This document shows positions 1-10,779 of a stretch of 64,000 bases of DNA, piece by piece. Source of the stretch: Eukaryota sp. GEM-RC1 (taxonomy: Eukaryota); contig JAUFOQ010000016.1 in NCBI GenBank assembly GCA_040285855.1, forward strand, positions 2,728,001 to 2,792,000, given 5' to 3'. Below the pieces are notes generated by a model that did no database searches, was not told the DNA's origin, and worked only from the letters and a program-made list of their open reading frames with translations. Position 1 is the first letter of the stretch; every line of letters begins with the position of its first letter. The position numbers were made by a program, and so were the translations under genes.

Positions 1-2243
1 CCTTGGGGAGATCGAGAGTTGCAATGAAGTTTGCTGCTGGTAAGAATGTGATCACGTCAGCGATGTTGGGCAGGTCGGATGCTATCGGGACTGTTGAATC
101 GTTAACACCTCCTGTTCCGCTGTAATCTCCAGTCAGACGTGGTTTCCTATGATCAGGGTACGTGACGAGTACTACAGGGCTTGAGAACTTAGATTGTGGG
201 GATGACACGGCGAAACCTTGTTCGATAAGTTCGTCAAAGATGCCATTGGCGATCTTTAGCTTCTCAGGATTGAAGTAGCGTGGTTTCCTTTTGACGACAG
301 TTGACTCGTCGTGGAAGGGTATTTCCATTGGGGGACAATCTATTCCATCGGGATGAGGAGTCGACTGGAATATGATCCTGAATTCTTCTAAGAGGGATGT
401 GAGCTCTTCCTCTAGAAGTTGATTGTCTAATTCGATTGTGCAACCGGATTCAACTGGGTTGAATGATGTGGAATGATCGGTGTGTCTGGACCTCACTGGT
501 GAGTGTGTGCTCATTAGGTGATCGAATTACGATTCATCTTTAAGATGGTGTTATGTTCTTTTTCTAGTCTAATGACTAGGCTGTCCTCTGTCAACAGCCC
601 TAATTTGTTTAATAAATCGATTCCGATGAGCATTGTTTTATTACCGGTAACAATAGGGAAGGAGTGATTTATATAAACTAGGTTAGCTGCGCTATTGAGC
701 TGGAACGCAAGAACACCTTTGGCTGTGCCTAAGGACGATGTACGGGTGCCATTTGCAGTGATGTAGGGGATTGTTTCCTGTGAGGTGTTCATCTTGCAGA
801 GATCGACTAAGTCTTGAGTGATGACGGAGACTTGTGCGCCTGAATCTATGGTTCCGGATATTGAAACATCGTTAACAGACATGTTCAGGGCAATGAATTT
901 GTCTTGGTTGTTGCGAGTTATACTCATAATCCTGGGTGTATCGTTGAGGATTTCGCTGATAGGATTGTTGAGTGTGTGTGAGGTGTAAGAGCTTGGTGTC
1001 GAGGTTGTCGACAAAAATTCAAATAATTATCATTTTTATTACGCTTTAAATCTACATTACCACTACCGGATCTGCGTTTTCTTTCTTCAAACTTACCAGC
1101 GTTTAAAGAGGATACTCTGCAGTTGGGATCGGGGCACATTTCGACTGTATGGCCAGGCTCTTTGCAGTACTTACATACTGATTCAGATCCTGTGTCTCTG
1201 TGCTTGGGCTTTTGGCGATTCTTACCGGGACCTCTGGGACCTTTGAATTGTCCACGTTTATGAGATTTTTTTCGGGGTTCCTATTTCTAACGTCTGAGTC
1301 ACTGTCAGAGTCGAAGGAGGGACGGAAGTTCTTCAACTTGTTGTATCGAGGGACACTCGCGTTATGGAGATAGGGGGCACCTGACTCAGTGATTGGGGGA
1401 GTGGATGGGCGAGTAGTGTCCAGGAATCTAGCATCTGAGATATATTGGGGTCTGACATTCTGACGCTGGATGTTCTGGCTGCACCAGTTCAAGTACCGGT
1501 CTTTCAGGTCCTTGAACACCTCGACTGTGCTGAGTTGAGCAAAGGAGGCTTTATCTTTGAAGAAGATCTTCGTGTCCGATCGGATGATTCGAATACCGAT
1601 GTTGTGGGCAAAGTATTTTAGAATGTCCCGGGCTTCGAAACAGTACAACTGAGTGGTGTTCAGTTCAATCATGGTGGACATGTTTGCCACGATTGTGAAG
1701 CGGCGAAGGAAGTCATCCCAACGCTCTTTGTTGGAGCTCCATGACTTGTCCCAGTCCATGCGGCATTCGGCAAGGGCGTTGTCTGCAATCTGGGGGGATT
1801 CAAATTGGGAGCTGAGGATTATTCGTTCCCAGATTGCCCAGTTGCATAAGAAGTTGGCGATGGTGCCATCAGATTTCCACGAGCTCAGGATGTGAGGGTC
1901 TACATGGAGTTGAATTCCTCTAATGTCGACGTTTAGCAGAAGGTCTCTGGCTAAATCGAGGCCATGACGGGGTTCGCCATAAGTGGTCTTGTTGATGGAT
2001 AGTACATCCTCGAAAGGAGTGAACAGTTCATCTGCTGTGGTGGGTTCGGCAAGTTGTCTCCAGGCCAGTACTTGGTTTTCGAGTTCGAGCAGATGTTGGG
2101 ATATATCAATGCTCTTACCTCGGGCTCTGGAATACCGGTGCCACTCTAGAGCGAAATTCAGGCAAGAAAACTGGTCGGTTTTCTGCAAGTAAGGCGGTTT
2201 GAGCTTGGATTCTCGGCGGGTTTCGTTTTCGAGTTCAGCGAAC
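1..2243 (-). mobile_element. Ty3/Gypsy family A, partial copy A0 (C-terminal gag, protease, start of RT; runs off window start; gag truncated at junction with family B)
   Basis: Near-identical to 7467-9712 of copy A1; protease motif IDSGA; private frameshift near 530-542 shared with copy A3. Confidence 0.93.
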
Positions 2244-2800
2244 AATGCTCGAAGACCTGTCGTCGATCGAAGCGATCGATGCTGATTACCGTCTTTTCCC
2301 TCAGCTGATCCGAGACACCTCGGACTTCCTGGGAATCACGAATTCCCCTTCAACCTCCGCTATAATCCCAGTCTCTTCTGAAGACGAAAACGACCTCTAT
2401 GAACAATTCCTTGGTGAATCGCTTAAAGACACTCGCCTCTTCGACAACCTTGACAACCAACTGCCTGACCCTTGGAACCTCCTATCAACATTAACATCCA
2501 CCCTAGACCGGATATTCCCCTTGCTCCCTCGAACTTCGATTATGTAGGTATCCATGACAACGCCGGATACTACAGTCCTTGTACCGACCCTGCTCACCCT
2601 GATGAGGGTCCTTTTGATATTATGATCGCCACCCTTGACGATGCTAGAGCAATTGAATCCGAAATCGACGAAGACAACCTGTTCGCTGAACGTTTAACCA
2701 TTGATAACTTAGCTCACAACCCGCTAAGCAGTTCAGATAGTGACCTTCCCGAAGAAACTTCCTGGTCACAGATTCCCGACCCCAGCTACGTTTTTAACGA

Positions 2801-4384
2801 TTGGCTTCAGCTCTATGCCAAGAACAAGAGAAAGCCACTGCCAACAACGACGTCACCATGACCACATACACAGAACTTATTTCTATGACCGCTAACGACA
2901 AAGATTATGTGCTCACTTGGAACCACAGAAAGAAGAAGTTCGTTATTCCTGACTCCTTGAAACGACATTTACTTCTGACAATCCATGGATCCACTAGAGC
3001 AGGCCACCCGTCGAAGAAAGACTCTATCTCCGCCTTAATCAGAAGCGATTATTGGTGGCCAAATTGTGTTTATGACATGAATACCCATGTAAAAAATTGT
3101 ATCCCGTGTCAAAAGACCGCTCCTGTCCCTGAACTGAAACTCCCCTCCTCCGGAAATCTCTGATCAGACTGCCCATTCCAATGACTACACGCTGATGTAA
3201 TTAGCCCGCTATCTTCTGACTCAGAAGATTACAAATACATACTAGTATTTGTCTGCTCGTTCTCTAGGTTCACCATCCTAGTACCCCTCAAAATTCTCAA
3301 CGCTCAGGAAGTCGCGTATGCGATACTCTGGAACGCGGTTGGCAACTACGGTATTCCATCGCAAATCCTAAGTGACAATGGACCGGAGTTCGCCAACGCC
3401 GTTAATAAAAGTTTATGTTTGTTCTTGAACATCGAAAAGAAATTCTCAACCCCCTATTTTCATCAGGTTAACGGACTGGTAGAAAGAAGGCACCGAGAAG
3501 TCTTGCAAACCCTTCGCCGCCTGCTCATTGACCTCCAAGCACATGCCAATTGGAGCACGTACATTCCAATTACCCAACTGATCCTAAACACCAGAACCAG
3601 TTCCATTACAAATTTCACCCCCTTCGAGCTTATCTTCGGCTCTAAAATTGATCCCAGACAACTTCCCCTTCAAGTCATCCAGAACTGTACTGTAGATGAT
3701 CACTTACCGCAGTATTAATACGTTGATTCCTTGAAACAGAAAACTTCAACTATCTTAAACTAGTGGAAAGAGGCAGAAAACTCCTATTAATCTCAAAAAA
3801 GATCAGTTTCATCCAGGAACTCTGCTACCAACAAGAAACTCATCAACGACATCCAACAAGGAGACTTCGTCTTGAAACTCAGTGAACACCCATTCAAGAC
3901 TCATGGAAAGTGGACTGGCCCCTACTTAGTTGAGACTTTTTCTTATCACCCCTCGAATTGTCTCATCCGTAATTTCATCACAGGAATCTCGGTTAAATGC
4001 TCTCATTTTTCTCTTTGTCACGTTAACAAATGCCACACCAACCACTCTGAGAACGTTCTACAAGCCTACGCCGCTACCGACTCGGAAGAAGTCATCATCG
4101 ACAAACTTATTGATCATGACTTGACCTCTCCTCAAGACCCCAAGTACCTAGTCCGCTGGCTGGACGGTACTACCACATGGGAAGGCCGCTCTGTAGAAAA
4201 TACAGCCGCTTACTACGCTTACCGCAGAAAGTACATTGACGAACCTCCTCAAGCTAAAGGTCCTTCAACTGCCCGTGCCAACTCTAAACTATACGCTGCT
4301 TGGAAAGCCCAACACCACAAGTCCGCTCCTGTTGTAGCCCGCAATCAGCACCGTATGGAAACAAGAAATCGTACGTCCCACTAG
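2801..4384 (+). pseudogene. Family B integrase with C-terminal chromodomain, multiple in-frame stops
   Basis: ORFs 2801-3163, 3419-3718 and 3872-4384 are in one frame and separated by stop codons; colinear with family A integrase. Repeated at 16273-17856, 24695-26277, 32778-34361. Confidence 0.9.
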
Positions 4385-4425
4385 GTTATTTTTAATTTGA
4401 ATTACCCAATAAGAAGAAAATGCAG

Positions 4426-4484
4426 TGTTGTAGTTGTAGATTTTTTTAATTTCATATTAGGTTTTTATCTTCCCCCTTACAACT
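4426..4484 (+). repeat. Putative very short LTR of family B (TGTTGTA...TACAACT), preceded by purine tract AATAAGAAGAAAA
   Basis: Lies between the IN stop (4384) and a gag-like ATG (4525); imperfect terminal inverted repeat; copies start at 17898, 26319, 34403. Boundaries inferred because no free-standing copy is visible. Confidence 0.5.
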
Positions 4485-4524
4485 ATAGAGGTTCGTTCCT
4501 TATAAAGGTTCTCCTCTTCCAAGT

Positions 4525-4746
4525 ATGTATTCCTATAGTGCACAAAGACCAACAGTAATTACTGTGAGCAATCCCCATTCTACCAACTCACTATCAGCAC
4601 CGCTCTTGAACGGAACCTCCCGTATCGAGTCATGTAAGTTCTTGGAAGACCTCCAAGCTTATGTTGCTGCTCTTCAAGCTTCCGAAGCATTGTCCCGCCC
4701 AAATTTGGGTTTTGACTTATCATGTACCATAAATTTTGAGTTATCC
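4525..4746 (+). pseudogene. 5' end of family B gag, interrupted by a family A LTR
   Basis: LSAPLLNGTSRIESCKFLEDLQAYVAA resembles family A gag LKPPYLQKTDQFSCLNFALEWHRYSRA by eye; ORF runs into the A LTR at 4747. Confidence 0.6.
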
Positions 4747-4834
4747 TGTTGATGCTGTATGGAGTTAGTGGACATACAATGAATGAAATTAAGTTGGTTT
4801 ATAATCTATGATTCTCATACTATGATAATCTACA
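4747..4834 (-). repeat. Family A LTR, terminal form (minus strand TGTAG...CAACA), 88 bp
   Basis: TG...CA ends; both boundaries defined by flank changes between copies (4747 vs 10751; 4834 vs 18306). Confidence 0.9.
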
Positions 4835-6670
4835 CTACTTCTTCTCCTTCTTCGAACCAGTTCTTCTTCGAGTTCTCTTGGCTATGGGAGTCTTGTTAGG
4901 ATTAGCTTTTGAGGATGATCTCTTTCTCTGGTCTATGCAAGGATTATTATTATTTTTCTTAAACGCCATAAATGCCTTAGTGTTTTTAATACTTGAAGTA
5001 GCAACTGCAGTGATATCTCCTCCATACCATAATACAGAACACATTGGACCTTCAGGTGAGTCGAATTGATCTAACACTTCAGTGATGACATGTTCTTCCT
5101 TATCACCAGCTGCAACTTGTTGGTGGATGCCATGATCTGATGGAAGGTCAGAATGGTAGAGTTTGCATTGATGTACACTAGCTTGGGATTCAATGCCAGA
5201 TACAAGGTTCTTGATTTTCAAGGATGATGATGAAAGGAGCTCGATGACCAGGAATGGGCCAGAGTGTTTGCCATGATGCTTTGTAGCAGTCTTAAAGGAT
5301 CTGAGGATCAGATCGCCAATTTCAAATGGATTTGATTTATTGGACTTAGGGGGTCTCTTTGACGATTGATTGCTACTTGCTGATTCTTGCCTTTCCCGGA
5401 TTCTCTCGTTTTTTCTTTGAAGGTCTTCGATAAAAGGGATACTTAAATTGGAAGCTTCTAGGGCTCTGAGTATGATACTAGGATCTGCCTTAGGCCCAAA
5501 AGAGGACCCAAACATTAGTTCATAAGGGATGTGTTCAGTGTAACGATTCTTTGTTGCGTTTAGCTGGAGTTGTACGAAGGGAAGGTATTCGGTCCAGTTG
5601 TCGAATGTTCCAAAGTCGATTAGGAAACGTTGAAGATTTCTTAAGACATCGCGATGACGTCTCTCGACTAACCCGTTAGATTGAGAAAAGTGGGGGATGG
5701 ATGTTGTGTTATCAATTGCCAGCAGTTGACAGACTGCGTTGAATGTTGCGTTAGCAAATTTAGGACCGTTGTCGCTGTGGATGGAATAGGGGATACCGAA
5801 TAGACCACATACGTTGAACACGAGTGCATATGCAACTTCTTCAGCGTTCAGTTCATTGATTGGGGCTAATATAGTGAATCTTGTGAAAGAATCTACAAAT
5901 ACTAGGATGTAACGGTTACCTTCAGCGTCAGGGGATAATGGACCAATAGTGTCTACATTAACTTTGGCGAATGGTTTATCGGCCCAAAGTGATCCTGAGT
6001 GAGGGATTTGATCCCTTTTGACAGGGGATGTCTTTTGGCATGAGGGACAGCTCTTGATATGATTGACTAGATCGTCTTTCATGTTAGGCCACCAGTAGTC
6101 GCTGTCGTTAAGGTTTTTAACTGATGTTGCTATACTGGGATGACCAGATTGTACTAATCCATGGATGTTGAGCAAGGCGGATTTCCTGAGGGACAAGGGG
6201 ATCAGGATTTTTTTGTCGTTGGTTAGATATAACTGTACTCTATCGTTGAATGTTGTGTTGTTGAAGAGGGGTTCGTTTGACTCAATCGCTTTGAATTGTT
6301 CGGAACGGATTCTGCTCAACCAATTGCTGAAGATTGGGAGATCTTTTCGTGCAACTTCACGGAGACTGTTAATTGAGGGGAGATCGGTGTGATCAATTCT
6401 TGTAACGGCTACTGGATCATCAGTAGGTTGTGCAGCGGATTGCTGGATGGGAGATTGGTGTGGACATAACCGTGAGAGCATGTCTGCCCAGTGGTTGTCA
6501 ACTCCAGATGTGTGTACGATGTCGAATTGGTATTCTGAAAGTACGAAGAGCCATCTTTTAATCATTCTGTTCTTATCGGGACACGAAATGAGGTATGCTA
6601 GGTTCTTGTGATCTGTGAAGATTGTAAGGTGCCTAGTCTTGAGGAAGTTAGCCAAGCTCGACTCAGTCAA
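4835..6670 (-). CDS. pol: Family A pol, C-terminal part: end of RNase H, integrase (HHCC, DDE, GPF), chromodomain-like tail
   Basis: FTDHKNL, NHWADMLSR, H..GH..CPSC, VDTIGPL, SDNG, NGLVER, GPFLV; separated from upstream pol by a 1-nt frameshift near 6712. Confidence 0.92.
   Translation of the reverse strand: MTESSLANFLKTRHLTIFTDHKNLAYLISCPDKNRMIKRWLFVLSEYQFDIVHTSGVDNHWADMLSRLCPHQSPIQQSAAQPTDDPVAVTRIDHTDLPSINSLREVARKDLPIFSNWLSRIRSEQFKAIESNEPLFNNTTFNDRVQLYLTNDKKILIPLSLRKSALLNIHGLVQSGHPSIATSVKNLNDSDYWWPNMKDDLVNHIKSCPSCQKTSPVKRDQIPHSGSLWADKPFAKVNVDTIGPLSPDAEGNRYILVFVDSFTRFTILAPINELNAEEVAYALVFNVCGLFGIPYSIHSDNGPKFANATFNAVCQLLAIDNTTSIPHFSQSNGLVERRHRDVLRNLQRFLIDFGTFDNWTEYLPFVQLQLNATKNRYTEHIPYELMFGSSFGPKADPSIILRALEASNLSIPFIEDLQRKNERIRERQESASSNQSSKRPPKSNKSNPFEIGDLILRSFKTATKHHGKHSGPFLVIELLSSSSLKIKNLVSGIESQASVHQCKLYHSDLPSDHGIHQQVAAGDKEEHVITEVLDQFDSPEGPMCSVLWYGGDITAVATSSIKNTKAFMAFKKNNNNPCIDQRKRSSSKANPNKTPIAKRTRRRTGSKKEKK
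4838..4853 (-). promoter_or_regulatory. Polypurine tract GAAGAAGGAGAAGAAG overlapping the last codons of integrase (KKEKK)
   Basis: 16 purines, 3 nt (TAG stop) before the LTR TG; same arrangement in every copy that has an IN end. Confidence 0.85.
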
Positions 6671-8748
6671 GATGATGAGGATGGCGTAAAGCTCTTTCTG
6701 GATGGTCGCCCATTGAGCTGAGAATCGGACAGTATACGGCTGAAGAAACTAATAGGTTGAACCTTTCGTTTTATCAATGGTGTACCTGGTGGACTTGGAG
6801 AGATTTCGTTCCAGATGACACCTCCAACAGCAAGGTCAGAAGCGTCTGCGCTAATGAGGATGTTACTATTGGGGCCAGGAAGGTCGAGTGGTATTTGATG
6901 GACTATCAAATTTTTGATTGAATCAAAAGCTCGTTGGTGTTTGTGTTCCCATTTTACGCCTTTAGGTTTTCCTTTGGTCAGGGCGATAATTGGGGCTAAC
7001 AATTGGGAGATTCCTGGTAACCAGTCTCTGATGTAGTTGATTGTACATACGAGGCTTCTTACATCTTTTACTGTCTTGGGGTTTGGAATTTCAAGGACAG
7101 CTTTGATTCTGACATCATCGATTAATCTGGTTTTGTTGTGGAAGATACTGCCTAATATCTTGATTGGGTGTTTGTGGGTTACAAACTTGCACTTGTGGAT
7201 GCCGAGGGTTACTCTAGCGGATTGTGCTTTATTGAAAACTGCTCGAAGTCTAGTTATAAATTCATCGAACACTGATGCTATAACTATGATATCATCTAGA
7301 TAGATGAAGACTCCATCCATTGCGAAGATCTCTGTCATCAGGTTTTGGAAAATTGCTGGTACATTTTTCAGGCCGAATGGAGCTCTGGTGAACTTAATTG
7401 TTCTGCCAGGGATTGTTAAAGCAGTTTTGTCCATATCTTTTGGAGCAACTTTGAGTTGCCAAAAGGCCTTGGGGAGATCGAGAGTTGCAATGAAGTTTGC
7501 TGCTGGTAAGAATGTGATCACGTCAGCGATGTTGGGCAGGTCGGATGCTATCGGGACTGTTGAATCGTTAACATCTCCTGTTCCGCTGTAATCTCCAGTC
7601 AGACGTGGTTTCCTATGATCAGGGTACGTGACGAGTACTACAGGGCTTGAGAACTTAGATTGTGGGGATGACACGGCGAAACCTTGTTCGATAAGTTCGT
7701 CAAAGATGCCATTGGCGATCTTTAGCTTCTCAGGATTGAAGTAGCGTGGTTTCCTTTTGACGACAGTTGACTCGTCGTGGAAGGGTATTTCCATTGGGGG
7801 ACAATCTATTCCATCGGGATGAGGAGTCGACTGGAATATGATCCTGAATTCTTCTAAGAGGGATGTGAGCTCTTCCTCTAGAAGTTGATTGTCTAATTCG
7901 ATTGTGCAACCGGATTCAACTGGGTTGAATGATGTGGAATGATCGGTGTGTCTGGACCTCACTGGTGAGTGTGTGCTCATTAGGTGATCGAATTCCGATT
8001 CATCTTTCAAGATGGTGTTATGTTCTTTTTCTAGTCTAATGACTAGGCTGTCCTCTGTCAACAGCCCTAATTTGTTTAATAAATCGATTCCGATGAGCAT
8101 TGTTTTATTACCGGTAACAATAGGGAAGGAGTGATCTATATAAACTAGGTTAGCTGCGCTATTGAGCTGGAACGCAAGAACACCTTTGGCTGTGCCTAAG
8201 GACGATGTACGGGTGCCATTTGCAGTGATGTAGGGGATTGTTTCCTGTGAGGTGTTCATCTTGCAGAGATCGACTAAGTCTTGAGTGATGACGGAGACTT
8301 GTGCGCCTGAATCTATGGTTCCGGATATTGAAACATCGTTAACAGACATGTTCAGGGCAATGAATTTGTCTTGGTTGTTGCGAGTTATACTCATAATCCT
8401 GGGTGTATCGTTGAGGATTTCGCTGATAGGATTGTTGAGTGTGTGTGAGGTGTAAGAGCTTGGTGTCGAGGTTGTCGACAAAAAATTCAAATAATTATCA
8501 TTTTTATTACGCTTTAAATCTACATTACCACTACCGGATCTGCGTTTTCTTTCTTCAAACTTACCAGCGTTTAAAGAGGATACTCTGCAGTTGGGATCGG
8601 GGCACATTTCGACTGTATGGCCAGGCTCTTTGCAGTACTTACATACTGATTCAGATCCTGTGTCTCTGTGCTTGGGCTTTTGGCGATTCTTACCGGGACC
8701 TCTGGGACCTTTGAATTGTCCACGTTTATGAGATTTTTTTCGGGGTTC
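6667..8748 (-). CDS. pol: Family A pol, N-terminal part: CCHC zinc knuckle, aspartic protease, reverse transcriptase, start of RNase H
   Basis: Frame is open from 8748 (TAG at 8749-8751); CKYCKEPGHTVEMC (8602-8643), IDSGA, LDLPKAFWQ, PFGLKNVP, YLDD, ADASD. Confidence 0.93.
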   Translation of the reverse strand, partial: EPRKKSHKRGQFKGPRGPGKNRQKPKHRDTGSESVCKYCKEPGHTVEMCPDPNCRVSSLNAGKFEERKRRSGSGNVDLKRNKNDNYLNFLSTTSTPSSYTSHTLNNPISEILNDTPRIMSITRNNQDKFIALNMSVNDVSISGTIDSGAQVSVITQDLVDLCKMNTSQETIPYITANGTRTSSLGTAKGVLAFQLNSAANLVYIDHSFPIVTGNKTMLIGIDLLNKLGLLTEDSLVIRLEKEHNTILKDESEFDHLMSTHSPVRSRHTDHSTSFNPVESGCTIELDNQLLEEELTSLLEEFRIIFQSTPHPDGIDCPPMEIPFHDESTVVKRKPRYFNPEKLKIANGIFDELIEQGFAVSSPQSKFSSPVVLVTYPDHRKPRLTGDYSGTGDVNDSTVPIASDLPNIADVITFLPAANFIATLDLPKAFWQLKVAPKDMDKTALTIPGRTIKFTRAPFGLKNVPAIFQNLMTEIFAMDGVFIYLDDIIVIASVFDEFITRLRAVFNKAQSARVTLGIHKCKFVTHKHPIKILGSIFHNKTRLIDDVRIKAVLEIPNPKTVKDVRSLVCTINYIRDWLPGISQLLAPIIALTKGKPKGVKWEHKHQRAFDSIKNLIVHQIPLDLPGPNSNILISADASDLAVGGVIWNEISPSPPGTPLIKRKVQPISFFSRILSDSQLNGRPSRKSFTPSSSS

Positions 8749-10779
8749 CTATTTCTAACGTCTGAGTCACTGTCAGAGTCGAAGGAGGGACGGAAGTTCT
8801 TCAACTTGTTGTATCGAGGGACACTCGCGTTATGGAGATAGGGGGCACCTGACTCAGTGATTGGGGGGAGTGGATGGGCGAGTAGTGTCCAGGAATCTAG
8901 CATCTGAGATATATTGGGGTCTGACATTCTGACGCTGGATGTTCTGGCTGCACCAGTTCAAGTACCGGTCTTTCAGGTCCTTGAACACCTCGACTGTGCT
9001 GAGTTGAGCAAAGGAGGCTTTATCTTTGAAGAAGATCTTCGTGTCCGATCGGATGATTGGAATACCGATGTTGTGGGCAAAGTATTTTAGAATGTCCCGG
9101 GCTTCGAAACAGTACAACTGAGTGGTGTTCAGTTCAATCATGGTGGACATGTTTGCCACGATTGTGAAGCGGCGAAGGAAGTCATCCCAACGCTCTTTGT
9201 TGGAGCTCCATGACTTGTCCCAGTCCATGCGGCATTCGGCAAGGGCGTTGTCTGCAATCTGGGGGGATTCAAATTGGGAGCTGAGGATTATTCGTTCCCA
9301 GATTGCCCAGTTGCATAAGAAGTTGGCGATGGTGCCATCAGATTTCCACGAGCTCAGGATGTGAGGGTCGACATGGAGTTGAATTCCTCTAATGTCGACG
9401 TTTAGCAGAAGGTCTCTGGCTAAATCGAGGCCATGACGGGGTTCGCCATAAGTGGTCTTGTTGATGGATAATACATCCTCGAAAGGAGTGAACAGTTCAT
9501 CTGCTGTGGTGGGTTCGGCAAGTTGTCTCCAGGCCAGTACTTGGTTTTCGAGTTCGAGCAGATGTTGGGATATATCAATGCTCTTACCTCGGGCTCTGGA
9601 ATACCGGCGCCACTCTAGAGCGAAATTCAGGCAAGAAAACTGGTCGGTTTTCTGCAAGTAAGGCGGTTTGAGCTTGGATTCTCGGCGGGTTTCGTTTTCG
9701 AGTTCAGCGAACTTTGCGTTTTCAGGGGTAGCTACGCCAGTGGCTGCATCCATGAAGGAACTGGGGGAATCAGCTCCGAACTCAAACTTGGTATTGGTAA
9801 AAGCAGTAGGTACTGTTATACCAGGGAGTTTGCTCATATCACTGGGCAAAGTGAAGATTGAGCCACCTTTGGGTTTGGTGGAGTTGGATATTACCTTAGG
9901 GGTCGCCATAGGTGAATCTAAAGCCTTAGGTTGAGGGGTACTCAACTGCTTCATGACCGTTAACATCTCCATTCTGAGATCATTGTTCTCTTTCAGGAGT
10001 TGTTCCACGAGGGGATTGGAATTCTCTGTGTCTTGAATTGGGATAGGAAGGGAATCGCTGCTGGGTGAAATGTCGTCTTTGGGGGGGGGGGTCTTGTCTG
10101 GAGATGAAACATGGAGGGGACTGAGAGACAAGTCATCCTCTGAAGCTGACTTATTCTGTTCAGCCTGTTCTTTCCCAAGACGGATGAGTTCGGCGTTGAT
10201 GTCACCATATCTTTCAATCAACAGCTTCGTGTGGAGTTCACGATTTTCATAGAGTTCTTTAGGGTTTAAAGCTATCCCTGTTCGATTGAAGTTCTTGTCG
10301 TTTACATAACTCTTCTTGTTGGGATCAGGGGTTCTGGTATCATCTGGGTCAGATGTTTTTATCCCATTTGGAAGATACGTTACTTTGAGCTTGCTCTTCT
10401 TAGAAGAAGTCTTCTTCGAAGGGACACTCTTAGTTTTACGAACAGGAGGGACAATCTTGGGTTTACGAACAGGAGGGACACTCTTGTCGTTGAGTTTGGG
10501 AGATTTACGAACAGGAGGGACACTCTTGTCGTTGAGTCTCGAAGATTTACGAGCAAGAGGGACGCTCTTGTCGTCAGGACTGAGAAGGACATTCTCATCC
10601 TGTTTATCCTCGGAGAGAGGAAGGGTTGATGGTTTACTTTCTTTTTCAGAAGGGGGTACCTCCTTCCCAAGAGAAGTCTTCAGCATATTGATGCTGGGAT
10701 GGGATCCTGGATCTGAGGTGAGTTCCACGTCGGCGTTTTCAGCCAATACGTATTGATGCTGTATGGAGTTAGTGGACAT
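8571..10779 (-). CDS. gag: Family A gag-like protein (in this copy shifted at a G-run near 8863-8868)
   Basis: Long ORF directly upstream of pol with its ATG inside the LTR; copies with one fewer G read through to ...TAEYPL. Assignment is positional. Confidence 0.8.
10420..10575 (-). repeat. Coding minisatellite in gag N-terminus (about five K-S/I-V-P-x-x-R/K-K motifs)
   Basis: Repeated GGGACACTCTT / TTTACGAACAGGA units; also near 42200-42357, 48197-48352, 54192-54347, 62887-63042. Confidence 0.85.

Larger units (their letters stand above)
2243..4746 (+). mobile_element. Ty3/Gypsy family B fragment B1 (acidic linker, degraded integrase + chromodomain, short putative LTR, start of next gag)
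   Basis: HHCC (H-GSTRAG-H...CIPC), SDNGPEF, NGLVERRHR, GPY motif and chromodomain (YLVRWLDGTTTWE) across ORF pieces broken by stops. Confidence 0.9.

Noticed and set aside
10420..10575. Short repeats with variable gaps resembling a CRISPR array
   Set aside because: In-frame coding minisatellite within gag; no unique spacers and no cas genes.
10316..10756. 146-aa plus-strand ORF, plus the many 60-95 aa antisense ORFs repeated in each copy
   Set aside because: Shadows of gag/pol; they recur only because the copies are near-identical, and the longest lies over the low-complexity gag repeat.
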